NCBI GenBank assembly: GCA_963542695.1
Contig: CAUTYX010000009.1
Span: forward strand, 3,124-67,123
From: an uncultured Eubacteriales bacterium
GTDB lineage: Bacteria > Bacillota > Clostridia > Peptostreptococcales > Anaerovoracaceae
Length of the DNA: 64,000 nt
Reading direction: 5' to 3'
Part shown: positions 55,014-64,000 of the stretch, in pieces
Numbering within the stretch: position 1 is the stretch's first letter
How the letters are laid out: every line of letters begins with the position of its first letter
The notes under the pieces: generated by a model
Databases searched by the model: none
What the model was told of the DNA's origin: nothing
The model's input: the letters and a program-made list of their open reading frames with translations, nothing else
Made by a program: the position numbers and the translations under genes

Positions 55014-55601
55014 ATGGACACCATCCTACTTGCACAATATAATAATTTCGGACGAAAATGCCGGCGTGAAGACACTGATCGACTGCTGTTAAAAACCGTA
55101 GATGCGTTTTTAAAGATGAATGCTATGCCCGGGGGAAAGCTGGAAATCGAAAGAACAAAAGCCGGAAAACCGTATGTATCAGGAGAAATCATGGTAGGAG
55201 AAAAGCTTCCCTTTGTGTCGGTGTCTCATACCGGTAATCAGTGGTTTGGAGCGGCTTCATGGTATCCGGTAGGCATCGATGTGGAGCAAGTAAAGTCCCT
55301 TGATTTTGCCAAACTGGCAGGCCGGTTTTATTCGGCTTCTGAAAAAGAATACTGTGATAAAGCGGGGCTATCAGGCTTTTTTCGTATCTGGTGTCGTAAA
55401 GAGGCATTGGTAAAAATCAAAGGCAGCACCCTAGGCAAAGGCCTATCGGGATTTGAAACAGCTCCCCGAGGAGTGTCGATAGAGAAAATAGAAATAGAAG
55501 GGACAACTATTTATTTGCAGGATTATTGTCCCCGGGAAGGACTAGCCGGATGCATCGCCAGTGAAAAAAAGAGCCGGTTGCATCATGTGGAAATAAAGTG
55601 A
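55014..55601 (+). CDS. 4'-phosphopantetheinyl transferase (Sfp type)
   Basis: KAGKPYV..., FVSVSHTG, GIDVEQV, IWCRKEALVKIKG. ATG 55014; the ORF track begins at 54921. Confidence 0.8.
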   Translation: MDTILLAQYNNFGRKCRREDTDRLLLKTVDAFLKMNAMPGGKLEIERTKAGKPYVSGEIMVGEKLPFVSVSHTGNQWFGAASWYPVGIDVEQVKSLDFAKLAGRFYSASEKEYCDKAGLSGFFRIWCRKEALVKIKGSTLGKGLSGFETAPRGVSIEKIEIEGTTIYLQDYCPREGLAGCIASEKKSRLHHVEIK

Positions 55602-55672
55602 GCCGCAGGGGGTACGATGAATACGGTTTCCTGCGGATTTTTTATAAAATATCAATAGAATAGGAGCATGGC

Positions 55673-56140
55673 ATGGATATACAAGGGGCATCCCTTCGGT
55701 ATTTATCCTATCGAGATCGATCTGCCAAGGAGATGGCAGAGTATCTGGAAAAAAAGGGATTTGCGGTAGTAGACATTGAAGAGGAAATCCATCGTCTGAA
55801 AGCCCGTCGCTATATTGATGATGCTCGGTTTGCAAGACAGCATATTCTCTATGCACTGAGCAAAGGTCGTGGAAGCTTGCGCATTGAACGGGATTTAAAA
55901 AACAAAGGCATTTGTCGAGAAGATTTGGAAGACGGCATGTACCAAGCAGAAGAAATACTGGAAATGACCTATGAAGACTGTCAGAGACAGCAGGCTGCGA
56001 AAATTGCCACCACCATGATGGAGGGACTGGAAATAAATGAAAAGCACTTGGCAAGAGTAGCAAGGCGCCTTGCCGGTCGAGGATATAAGACAGGAATTAT
56101 TTACGATACCATACGACAAATACAAGAGGAAGAGATATGA
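55673..56140 (+). CDS. recX: Recombination regulator RecX
   Basis: ASLRYLSYRDRSAKEMAEYLEKKGF...YIDDARFARQHI...GRGSLRIERDLKNKGI repeats. Confidence 0.85.
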   Translation: MDIQGASLRYLSYRDRSAKEMAEYLEKKGFAVVDIEEEIHRLKARRYIDDARFARQHILYALSKGRGSLRIERDLKNKGICREDLEDGMYQAEEILEMTYEDCQRQQAAKIATTMMEGLEINEKHLARVARRLAGRGYKTGIIYDTIRQIQEEEI

Positions 56141-56595
56141 CAAAGCAAGATAAGCAAGAGCGGATACGCAAAGTTGTGGACGAGTTTCACTTCGATATTT
56201 TGGAAGAATACAAAACCATTACAGAGAAAATCCGCCAAGAATCGGGTGTACTGGGAATTTTCAAGAAAAAACAATATGATAAGCACATTAAAAAGCTGAC
56301 ATTGCTAAGGCGCCGGGTTAATGGAATGGATATAGATTCCATTCCGCAAAAAGACCGGCTAACGGAAGAAATTTGCAAGCTGCTAAAAAACTGTTTGAAG
56401 GAATTCGACTCCTTAGCCGGAGCACAAATTACTATGCAGACAAAATTACAGCAGAAGGCAAACGGAGATAAGAGCATTAAAATGTCGGACTGCACTCCGT
56501 GGCTAAAGGTGATTAACGAGACCACCACCAGCATGAATGCGGCCATCAAAAAGTTAGATATTAGATGGGCCGATTATTTGGAGATAAACGGATGA
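56137..56595 (+). CDS. Hypothetical helical protein (152 aa)
   Basis: The ORF is translationally coupled on both sides: ATGA overlap with recX, and overlap with the rmuC start. No family recognised. Confidence 0.55.
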   Translation: MTKQDKQERIRKVVDEFHFDILEEYKTITEKIRQESGVLGIFKKKQYDKHIKKLTLLRRRVNGMDIDSIPQKDRLTEEICKLLKNCLKEFDSLAGAQITMQTKLQQKANGDKSIKMSDCTPWLKVINETTTSMNAAIKKLDIRWADYLEING

Positions 56596-57809
56596 ATGGA
56601 GTAATTGTTATTCTCTGCACTTTGGCGTTGGTGGCGTCTGTCGTTGCCATGATTATGACATTGCGAAAAAGAGCCGATTCCGGTGAAGGAGCAGCTGCCT
56701 TGAAAGCACAAATTCAGGGAGAAATGCGTTACATGACGGATATGGTAACGGAATTACAACATACGGCAGCAGAGGCTCAAGATCGCCGGTTAGCTGATTT
56801 GCAGCGACAGATGGGGAACATGTCCATTAGCAGCGAACAGCGTTTGGAGGCCATTCGAGAGACTATGGACAAACGCATCCAAGGCTTGCAGCAGGAAAAT
56901 AATCGTCATTTGGAAAGAATGCAAGAAACGGTTAATGAAAAACTGCAAGAAACCTTGGAAACACGTATTTCAAAGTCCTTTCAAGTGGTGAGCCAAAGAT
57001 TGGAAGAGGTATACAAAGGGCTAGGCGAAATGAAAAATCTGGCCAGTGGTGTAGATGATCTTTCCAAAGTTCTGTCCAATGTCAAAACCAGGGGAATTTT
57101 GGGAGAAATCCAACTGGGAGCAATTTTGGAACAAATATTGGCACCGGAACAATACGAAGAAAATGTCCAAACATGCCCCGGTCATAGTGAACGTGTGGAA
57201 TTTGCCGTAAAGTTGCCAGGACAAGGCGACTGTTCTCTGTGGCTTCCCATCGATGCCAAATTCCCGGGAGATACATACTATGCCCTCCAAGAAGCCTATG
57301 AAAGTGGCGATAAACTGCAAATAGATGTTTGTGGCAAACAGCTGGAAAACATTATCCGAAAGTCAGCCAAAGACATTCATCAAAAATACGTGGAACCACC
57401 TTATACGACGGACTTTGCCATTATGTTTTTGCCGGTAGAAGGTCTTTATGCAGAAGTGGTTCGCCGTGGCATGGTAGAGCGTTTGCAGAGAGAATACAAA
57501 ATCAATATTGCCGGTCCTACTACTATGGCAGCGCTGTTAAATAGTTTGCAGATGGGGTTTAAAACCTTGCAGGTGCAGCAGCAATCCAGTCATGTGTGGG
57601 AAGTTCTTTCTTCTGTTAAAACGGAATTTTCCAAATTTGAAGAGGTGCTTGCAGCAACGCAAAAACGAATGGATCAAGTAAATCAGGAACTGGATAAATT
57701 GGTAGGAGTCAGAACCAGAAGTATCAATCGTAGCTTGCGGGAAATTGCGACTACGGAGGCTCCGGAGATTTCGACACGGTCAGAAGAAAAGAACGAGGAT
57801 AGACAATGA
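56592..57809 (+). CDS. rmuC: DNA recombination protein RmuC
   Basis: N-terminal TM, a long coiled coil, and RGILGEIQLGAILEQIL...YEENV...VEFAVKLPG...LPIDAKFP. Confidence 0.9.
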   Translation: MNGVIVILCTLALVASVVAMIMTLRKRADSGEGAAALKAQIQGEMRYMTDMVTELQHTAAEAQDRRLADLQRQMGNMSISSEQRLEAIRETMDKRIQGLQQENNRHLERMQETVNEKLQETLETRISKSFQVVSQRLEEVYKGLGEMKNLASGVDDLSKVLSNVKTRGILGEIQLGAILEQILAPEQYEENVQTCPGHSERVEFAVKLPGQGDCSLWLPIDAKFPGDTYYALQEAYESGDKLQIDVCGKQLENIIRKSAKDIHQKYVEPPYTTDFAIMFLPVEGLYAEVVRRGMVERLQREYKINIAGPTTMAALLNSLQMGFKTLQVQQQSSHVWEVLSSVKTEFSKFEEVLAATQKRMDQVNQELDKLVGVRTRSINRSLREIATTEAPEISTRSEEKNEDRQ

Positions 57810-58501
57810 GTATATATGCAGTGGGAGATCTTCATCTTTCTTTAGATAGTCGCATCGAAAAGCCCATGGATGTCTTTGGAAAAGAGTGGGAAAACCATCA
57901 TATACGTTTGGCTGAATACTGGAAAACAACGGTAACCGAAGAAGATACAGTCATCGTTGCCGGTGATATTAGCTGGGGTTTACGGCTGGAGGAAGCCAAA
58001 GCAGATCTGGATTTTGTGGCATCCTTGCCGGGAAAAAAAGTGCTTATTAAAGGCAACCACGATTTGTGGTGGAATAGTATTTCCAAGCTAAATGCCATGT
58101 ATGACTCTATGATTTTTTTACAAAACAGTTGCGTCAAAGCAGAGGGGTGGTATATATGTGGTAGTCGAGGTTGGATTTGTCCGGGAAACGACGAGTTTAG
58201 CCAAGAGGATGAAAAACTATACAAAAGAGAATGCGGTAGAATCAAGCTTAGTTTAGAGGCAGCAGCAAATCGCCAAGCCCAAAATATCATTGTGGCTATG
58301 CATTATCCGCCTACTAATGATAAACTGCAACCATCTGCGTTTACAACGATGTATCAAGAAGCCGGCGTTAAAAAGGTAGTCTATGGTCACCTTCATGGAA
58401 AGAGTAATTTCCGGCGAGGTTTACAAGGTCATTTTTGCGGTGCCGACTATCAGTTGGTTTCTCTTGATTATCTGGAATGCCAACTAAAAAAACTGGTATA
58501 G
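57806..58501 (+). CDS. Calcineurin-like metallophosphoesterase
   Basis: IYAVGDLHL, AGDISWG, GNHDLWW, MHYPP, GHLHG motifs. Confidence 0.85.
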   Translation: MSIYAVGDLHLSLDSRIEKPMDVFGKEWENHHIRLAEYWKTTVTEEDTVIVAGDISWGLRLEEAKADLDFVASLPGKKVLIKGNHDLWWNSISKLNAMYDSMIFLQNSCVKAEGWYICGSRGWICPGNDEFSQEDEKLYKRECGRIKLSLEAAANRQAQNIIVAMHYPPTNDKLQPSAFTTMYQEAGVKKVVYGHLHGKSNFRRGLQGHFCGADYQLVSLDYLECQLKKLV

Positions 58502-58517
58502 GGAAGAGGTGAAGGCA

Positions 58518-59699
58518 ATGAGAAGAGTAATTGTAATGGTATTAGACAGCTTAGGAGTCGGAGCTCTTCCTGACGCCAAGGCTTTTGGAGATGAGGGTGC
58601 CGATACATTTGGACATATTGCTGCCAAGGTGCCGGATTTTTCCATTCCTCATTTACAAGAATTAGGCTTTGGAAACATTCCTGATGCTGCGGGAGGTCGT
58701 TTCGCCGTTGCTGATTTTAAAGGTGCCGTCATGAGATTGTCCGAAAAATCCTGTGGAAAGGACACCACCACAGGACACTGGGAAATTGCCGGATTATTGA
58801 CAGAGACACCCTTTAAGACCTACCCTGACGGATTCCCGAAAGACTTTATTCAGCAGTATGAAGAGGCCATCGGTCGCCAGGTCATGGGAAATTACCCTGC
58901 TTCCGGCACAGAAATTATAGAGGTACTGGGAGAAGAACATGAGAAAACAGGAAAGCCCATTGTCTATACATCAGCGGATAGTGTTTTTCAAATTGCTGCA
59001 AATACGGCGGTAATTCCTTTAGAGGAACTGTATCGCATTTGCCAAATTGCTAGAGACATGTTGGTGGGAGAATGGGCTTGTGCCCGGGTTATTGCACGAC
59101 CGTATATCATAGAGAACGGCAAACGCATCAGAACATCTGACCGGCGAGACTACTCTGTAGCGCCGCCGGGAAAAACCATCTTAGATGCTATTTCCGGTGC
59201 CGGCAAAATGGTAGCAGCCGTTGGAAAGATCGAAGATATTTTTGCCGGCCAAGGTATTACAGAAGCCGTACATACCACCGGAAATATGGATGGGGTGGAT
59301 AAAACCATTGCCTTTATGAAACGCAGTGCGGAGAATGATTCCGGGCTTATTTTCACCAACTTGGTGGATTTTGATTCTAAATTCGGTCATCGCCGGGATC
59401 CTTACGGGTATGGTAATGCCATTATGGAATTTGATAATCGCATTCCGGAAATTTGTGCTGCCATGAAAGAAGATGATGTGCTGATGTTGTGTGCCGATCA
59501 TGGAAATGACCCTGTTCATCACGGTACAGATCACACAAGAGAATATATTCCACTGGTGGTATATGGAAAAGACGTTGTCCCAAAGGTGATAGACCATCGT
59601 CATTCTTTTGCCGACATCGGTGCAACGATATGCCAAATTCTGCAGGTTCCCTTTACGGGTGCCGGAACCGGATTCTGGCAGGAAATCAGGAGACGATAG
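58518..59699 (+). CDS. deoB: Phosphopentomutase
   Basis: VIVMVLDSLGVG, TTGHWEIAG, NLVDFDSKFGHRRD, ADHGNDP. Confidence 0.95.
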   Translation: MRRVIVMVLDSLGVGALPDAKAFGDEGADTFGHIAAKVPDFSIPHLQELGFGNIPDAAGGRFAVADFKGAVMRLSEKSCGKDTTTGHWEIAGLLTETPFKTYPDGFPKDFIQQYEEAIGRQVMGNYPASGTEIIEVLGEEHEKTGKPIVYTSADSVFQIAANTAVIPLEELYRICQIARDMLVGEWACARVIARPYIIENGKRIRTSDRRDYSVAPPGKTILDAISGAGKMVAAVGKIEDIFAGQGITEAVHTTGNMDGVDKTIAFMKRSAENDSGLIFTNLVDFDSKFGHRRDPYGYGNAIMEFDNRIPEICAAMKEDDVLMLCADHGNDPVHHGTDHTREYIPLVVYGKDVVPKVIDHRHSFADIGATICQILQVPFTGAGTGFWQEIRRR

Positions 59700-59701
59700 A
59701 T

Positions 59702-61015
59702 ATGGAAAACGGCTTTCGTATGTATGATATCATTGAAAAAAAACGAGATGGCAGGCAGCTTTCCAAAGAAGAAATTCAATATTTTATTGATGGCTACACT
59801 GCCGGTGAAATTCCCGATTATCAGGCCAGTGCTCTTTTAATGGCTATCTATTTTCAAGGAATGACTACCACCGAAACATACCAGCTGACAGAAGCCATGA
59901 AAAATAGTGGAGACATTATCGATTTGTCCATGGTAAGAGGTGTCAAAGTGGATAAACACAGCACCGGTGGAGTGGGGGACAAAACCTCTTTAATTGCGGC
60001 ACCGCTTGCCTGTGCTTGTGGTGTTTCCGTTGCCAAAATGAGTGGCCGCGGTCTTGGATTTACGGGAGGAACCATTGATAAACTGGAGTCCATTCCCGGT
60101 GTTACCACCCAACTTTCCCCGGAAACTTTTCGGCAACTAATCAATGAAAACGGCATGGCCATTACCGGACAAACGGCACAAGTAGCAAAAGCGGACAAAT
60201 TGCTGTATGCTCTCCGAGATGTAACGGCTACTGTTGACAATATTAGCCTTGTTACGGCCAGTGTAATGAGCAAAAAACTTGCTAGCGGCAGCGATGCCAT
60301 TGTGCTGGATGTAAAATGCGGTGATGGAGCTTTTATGAAAACTTTTGCCGATGCAAAGGAGATGGCGCAGCTCATGGTAGATATGGGGAATAAAGCAGGG
60401 AAAAAAACCATAGCCTTTATTACTTCTATGGAACAGCCTTTAGGGAATACCATTGGAAATGCGTTGGAGGTCAAAGAAGCTATTGAGACACTCCGGGGAA
60501 AAGGGCCGGCCGATCTTACACAGTTATCGGTGGAAATTGCCGGTGCTATGATTTACGTTGCCGATTTAGCGGGAAATTTGGCAGAAGGAAAAGCTATGGC
60601 GAAGGAGGCTTTGGACAAAAAAGAAGGCCTTGCAAAATTCCGGCAGATGATTACAGCACAAGGCGGAACAGGCCTAGTTACAGAGGATTTGTCGCTGCTG
60701 CCGAAAGCTGCCTTTGAAAAGGATGTGCTTTCCATGGAGAGTGGTTTTGTATCGAGAATTCATACACGGCAAATGGGGATGGCATCGGTTCATACAGGTG
60801 CCGGACGAATGACTAAAGAAGAGACGCCGGATCCGGCAGCCGGCATCGTTTTACAAAAAAAGGTGGGGGATTCTGTGTCTGAGGGAGACTGCCTTGCAAA
60901 GGTTTTTGGTAACAGTCAGGAAACCTTGAAAAATGCGGCACTGGAGTGTCAAAAGGCATATGTTATAAAGGCAGAAAAACCGGATAGCATTCCCCTTATT
61001 TTAGACGTACTGTAG
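59702..61015 (+). CDS. pdp: Pyrimidine-nucleoside (thymidine) phosphorylase
   Basis: MYDIIEKKRDGRQLSKEEIQYFIDGY; DKHSTGGVGDKTSL; SGRGLGFTGGTIDKLESIPG. Confidence 0.95.
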   Translation: MENGFRMYDIIEKKRDGRQLSKEEIQYFIDGYTAGEIPDYQASALLMAIYFQGMTTTETYQLTEAMKNSGDIIDLSMVRGVKVDKHSTGGVGDKTSLIAAPLACACGVSVAKMSGRGLGFTGGTIDKLESIPGVTTQLSPETFRQLINENGMAITGQTAQVAKADKLLYALRDVTATVDNISLVTASVMSKKLASGSDAIVLDVKCGDGAFMKTFADAKEMAQLMVDMGNKAGKKTIAFITSMEQPLGNTIGNALEVKEAIETLRGKGPADLTQLSVEIAGAMIYVADLAGNLAEGKAMAKEALDKKEGLAKFRQMITAQGGTGLVTEDLSLLPKAAFEKDVLSMESGFVSRIHTRQMGMASVHTGAGRMTKEETPDPAAGIVLQKKVGDSVSEGDCLAKVFGNSQETLKNAALECQKAYVIKAEKPDSIPLILDVL

Positions 61016-61105
61016 TCAGAACAACGTTGCTTGTTCTTGACATTCAATGAACTATATCGTAAAATTTTCTCTACCTGGTTCATAGTTCTTGTGGGGGGAT
61101 TTTGT

Positions 61106-62701
61106 ATGGAAAGAATAATTAAAGAAAGGGCAGTTGCTGTTATTGTGTGCCTAGCCATGGTGGCCGGGCTTTTTGCAGTACCGTTTGCAACTGAAAATCG
61201 AGGAAATACGGCAAAAGCTGCAGCTTCTTCGGTGTATTGTGTTTACGTCAAGGCAGGGCCGTTGTCCATTCGCAAATCAGCTACGGTTAATTCTAAATAC
61301 CTTGGAAGTGTGCCGGAAAAAACAACACTTAAAGCAACTAGCCGAAAAAAGAACGGAAATACCAACTGGTATCGCATAACGTATAAAAAGAAAACCGGCT
61401 ATCTTTGTGGTACTTTCTTAAAGACGAAATACGAAGATATTAATTACACCTCTTCGGAATATAAAAAAGGGAAGACGACGGAAGTTTTGAAAGTTCGTAG
61501 TGGTGCTACTGCCGACAGCCGGCAGGTAGGCACTTTATCAAAAGGGAAAAACGTTACCATAATCGGATATTACTATGCCGAAAAGCCTACATGGTACAAA
61601 GTTTCCTATAAAGGAAAGACGAGATATATTTGTGCTGATTTTGTTACTATCTTGAATGGTAACAATAACGCAGCACCGAAGAAACCGGCTCCTAAAAAAC
61701 CTGCGCCAAAGAAACCGGAAGCTAAAAAACCGGCACCATCTCCGGGATATTCCAGTAGCTATAAAAGATTTAGAGCCCAGATGATCAGTAAAGGGTTCCC
61801 TAGCAGCTATGTCCCAAAACTTTGGGCACTCCACAAAAAGCATCCAAAATGGAAGTTTGTGGCACAGCGGACACATATTGATTGGACGTATGCTATTAAC
61901 AGATCCTCTAGACCGGGAATTAATCTGGTGGAACCGGGACAATGGAATCTTCGCGATAAGAAAAATAATAGAAGTTACGATGGAAGATGGAAACAGGCCA
62001 ATAAGACTGCCATAAAATACTATATGGATCCACGGAATTTCTTAGATGATAAGGATATTTATCAATTTATGACCCACAAATACCAGTCTGCCGGTCAAAA
62101 TAAAAATACTATTAAGTCTATGACATATGGTTGCTTCATAAATAACCAAAGCCATATCAATTGGATTTATCAGGCTGGCAGAACTTCGCAAGTTAACCCT
62201 AACGTTATTGCTGCGATGATAATTCAGGAACAGGGACGGTCTGGAAATAGTGGTTCTGTAAAGGAAAGTTATAGAGCTAAAAAAACAAAAAAAGATTATA
62301 AAGGAATTTACAATTATTTTAATGTAGGTGCATATCACGATGGTATTCGAAATGCCATTCAAAGAGGTTTATGGTATGCGAAGGGGAAAATATTTGGAAT
62401 TCAACTTTATTCCTATGGACGTCCATGGAATAGTCGCTATAAATCAATTCGAGGAGGGGCATTGTTCTATCGTGCAGAATACCTAAATAACAACCAGTAC
62501 ACCTACTATACTAAGAAATTTAATGTTATGAATGGAGCTTGGAACGTTGGTTCCCATGAGTATATGACTAATTTGGAAGGTGCCGCCAGTGAAGGAAGAT
62601 TATTGAAAGATGCCTATAAAAGAAGCAATAACTACGCTATGAGCTTCTATATTCCGATCTTTACCAATATGCCGGCAAAGGCTTGCAAGTATCCAAGATA
62701 A
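61106..62701 (+). CDS. Secreted cell-wall hydrolase: two SH3b-like domains, a Pro/Lys linker, a GH73-type N-acetylglucosaminidase-like domain
   Basis: Signal/TM VAVIVCLAMVAGLFAVPFA. SH3b-like repeats (WYRITYKKKTGYLCGTFL; WYKVSYKGKTRYICADFV). Linker (APKKP)n. C-terminal NPNVIAAMIIQEQG...YFNVGAY. Confidence 0.75.
   Translation: MERIIKERAVAVIVCLAMVAGLFAVPFATENRGNTAKAAASSVYCVYVKAGPLSIRKSATVNSKYLGSVPEKTTLKATSRKKNGNTNWYRITYKKKTGYLCGTFLKTKYEDINYTSSEYKKGKTTEVLKVRSGATADSRQVGTLSKGKNVTIIGYYYAEKPTWYKVSYKGKTRYICADFVTILNGNNNAAPKKPAPKKPAPKKPEAKKPAPSPGYSSSYKRFRAQMISKGFPSSYVPKLWALHKKHPKWKFVAQRTHIDWTYAINRSSRPGINLVEPGQWNLRDKKNNRSYDGRWKQANKTAIKYYMDPRNFLDDKDIYQFMTHKYQSAGQNKNTIKSMTYGCFINNQSHINWIYQAGRTSQVNPNVIAAMIIQEQGRSGNSGSVKESYRAKKTKKDYKGIYNYFNVGAYHDGIRNAIQRGLWYAKGKIFGIQLYSYGRPWNSRYKSIRGGALFYRAEYLNNNQYTYYTKKFNVMNGAWNVGSHEYMTNLEGAASEGRLLKDAYKRSNNYAMSFYIPIFTNMPAKACKYPR
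61673..61744 (+). repeat. In-frame tandem 15-nt repeats encoding an (A/E)(P/A)KKP linker
   Basis: GCACCGAAGAAACCG / GCTCCTAAAAAACCT / GCGCCAAAGAAACCG / GAAGCTAAAAAACCG, then GCACCATCTCCG. Confidence 0.85.
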
Positions 62702-62730
62702 AGCATTGAAATTTCTCTAAGGGAGATGTG

Positions 62731-62783
62731 AACTGACTCTTAGGTGCCGGAGATTCCTCTGGTATATGGGAGTCAGTTTTTTT
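62731..62783 (+). terminator. Terminator after the cell-wall hydrolase gene
   Basis: Stem AACTGACTC (62731-62739) / GAGTCAGTT (62770-62778), then TTTTT; the interior loop is large. Confidence 0.5.
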
Positions 62784-62990
62784 GATGGAACCAAATTTTT
62801 TATAGCCGGTATCGGATACAATTCTTGTTTGCTATAATCACCATTGCTATGTGAAAAATCATGAATGAACCGGGATTGTTTATCTTCTGAAATGGTATTT
62901 ACATTTGATGGTCGTCCCCTTAGAATGTAACCACATTTTAGATGATAAGGTTACAGACCATGGGGTAATTGACCATGGAGGAGGTGTGAT

Positions 62991-63464
62991 TTGGCAACCA
63001 ACATGATATCCACCCGCCACTTGGTAAAGGGCGAAGATTTAAATCATCACGGAACACTCTATGCCGGAAGAGGTGTAGAATGGATGGTAGAAGCCGGGTT
63101 TATGACAGCATCAGCTGCAACAGAAAGCGAAAACATCGTTTGTATGCGCATCAACAGCTTACTGTTTTCAAAACCGGTTCCAAAGGGGCAAATGGTAATT
63201 TATGATAGTTGTATTTGTTACGCCGGGAAAACCAGTTTGACTGCCTATGTAAAGGTAAGCAACAGCAAGACCGGAGCCTTTATTGTAGATGGTTTTTTCA
63301 CCTATGTTTATACAGACGAAAATGGAAAATCAAAGCCCCATGGTATTGTGATTGTACCGGAAACAGAGGCGGAAAAGGAACTATACGCAGAGGCAAAGCA
63401 AATCCAGAGAGAATCCAAGGAGGAAGCCAAAGCCTACGCCTTGCGACATAAAAAACAGTTGTAA
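62991..63464 (+). CDS. Hotdog-fold acyl-CoA thioesterase
   Basis: HLVKGEDLNHHGTLYAGRGVEWMVEAGF. The TTG start lies 6 nt after GGAGGAGG. Confidence 0.75.
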   Translation: MATNMISTRHLVKGEDLNHHGTLYAGRGVEWMVEAGFMTASAATESENIVCMRINSLLFSKPVPKGQMVIYDSCICYAGKTSLTAYVKVSNSKTGAFIVDGFFTYVYTDENGKSKPHGIVIVPETEAEKELYAEAKQIQRESKEEAKAYALRHKKQL

Positions 63465-63506
63465 GGCCTACAAAAGCGATGCTTTGCTGAAAATACAATC
63501 AAAAAA

Positions 63507-63549
63507 CCAGCACAATTGGTAGAGACTACTCCCTGTGCTGGCTTTTTTT
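63507..63549 (+). terminator. Terminator after the thioesterase gene
   Basis: Stem CCAGCACA (63507-63514) / TGTGCTGG (63534-63541), then CTTTTTTT. Confidence 0.6.
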
Positions 63550-63593
63550 GTGTTTGCATTTTGTATTTGATTATGAATCGCGACCAGTACTTA

Positions 63594-64000
63594 CTATTTT
63601 AGATTTTCCGGATTTAAGCCTTCCAGCTGCGGAATGACAAAGCGACCATCTTTTCGAATCAGTTTATCATCAAAATAGATTTCACCGCCACCGTAGTCTT
63701 CACGTTGAATTAATACTAAATCCCAATGGACGGCTGACGAATTGCCGTTGGGGGCATCATCGTAAGCTTCTCCCGGAGTCAAGTGAAGGCTGCCACAAAT
63801 CTTTTCGTCAAAAAGAGTATCCTTCATAGGGTGGAGGATGTACGGATTGACTCCAAGGGCAAATTCACCAAAGTATCGGGCTCCCGGATCTGTATCCAGC
63901 AGTGCATTTATGCGGGTATTGTCGTTGGCGGTTGCTTTGACGATTTTTCCGTTTTCAATTTCAAATCGAATATTTTCGTAGGTGAATCCTTGCTCTTCGG
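63594..64000 (-). CDS. M29-family aminopeptidase (AmpS/PepS-like), C-terminal part; the gene runs off the window
   Basis: The minus-strand frame is open to the window edge: ...DPGARYFGEFALGVNPYILHPMKDTLFDEKICGSLHLTPGEAY...HWDLV. Confidence 0.8.
   Translation of the reverse strand, partial: EEQGFTYENIRFEIENGKIVKATANDNTRINALLDTDPGARYFGEFALGVNPYILHPMKDTLFDEKICGSLHLTPGEAYDDAPNGNSSAVHWDLVLIQREDYGGGEIYFDDKLIRKDGRFVIPQLEGLNPENLK

Noticed and set aside
61673-61744. Tandem 15-nt repeats as a CRISPR-like or VNTR element.
   Set aside because: They are in frame within the cell-wall hydrolase ORF and encode a Pro/Lys linker. There is no spacer/repeat architecture.

Overview
This window looks like a chromosomal core region of a low-GC anaerobic Firmicute (Clostridia-like), about 43-45% GC by eye and densely packed with housekeeping genes. 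In order it holds: comM remnant-dprA-topA-hslVU-codY; a 15-gene tRNA array; infC-rpmI-rplT; nrdR-cmk; radC-mreBCD-PBP2-minD; gpmI; addA; gdhA; split transketolase; ilvA; an acyl-CoA dehydrogenase/etfBA cluster; a flavodiiron protein; recJ; recX-rmuC; deoB-pdp; and several secreted hydrolases. All calls rest on motif reading of the supplied ORF translations and manual folding or counting in the DNA. No searches were run.

Three things stand out.
1. At 33778-40628 there is a tight three-gene operon. Its first gene is a ~1600-aa fusion of an HD phosphohydrolase, HEAT-like repeats, a NadD/NMNAT-type adenylyltransferase and a PRTase-like domain. It is translationally coupled to an LDH/MDH-like dehydrogenase and an Fe-S-flavoprotein-like protein, and an NAD(P)HX dehydratase lies just downstream. 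I know of no characterised member, and this is my best candidate for an undescribed nucleotide or cofactor system.
2. The left edge (1-~1075) is visibly more AT-rich and carries two membrane-anchored XRE regulators. It abuts a comM gene that retains only its last ~150 codons, which suggests the end of an integrated mobile element.
3. A PA-domain M28 lipoprotein peptidase is broken by a frameshift in a T-run plus an in-frame TAG.

Smaller observations are a candidate Rex operator, candidate NrdR boxes, a probable ATT start on infC, an addA without addB, a minD without minCE, and a shared terminator palindrome.
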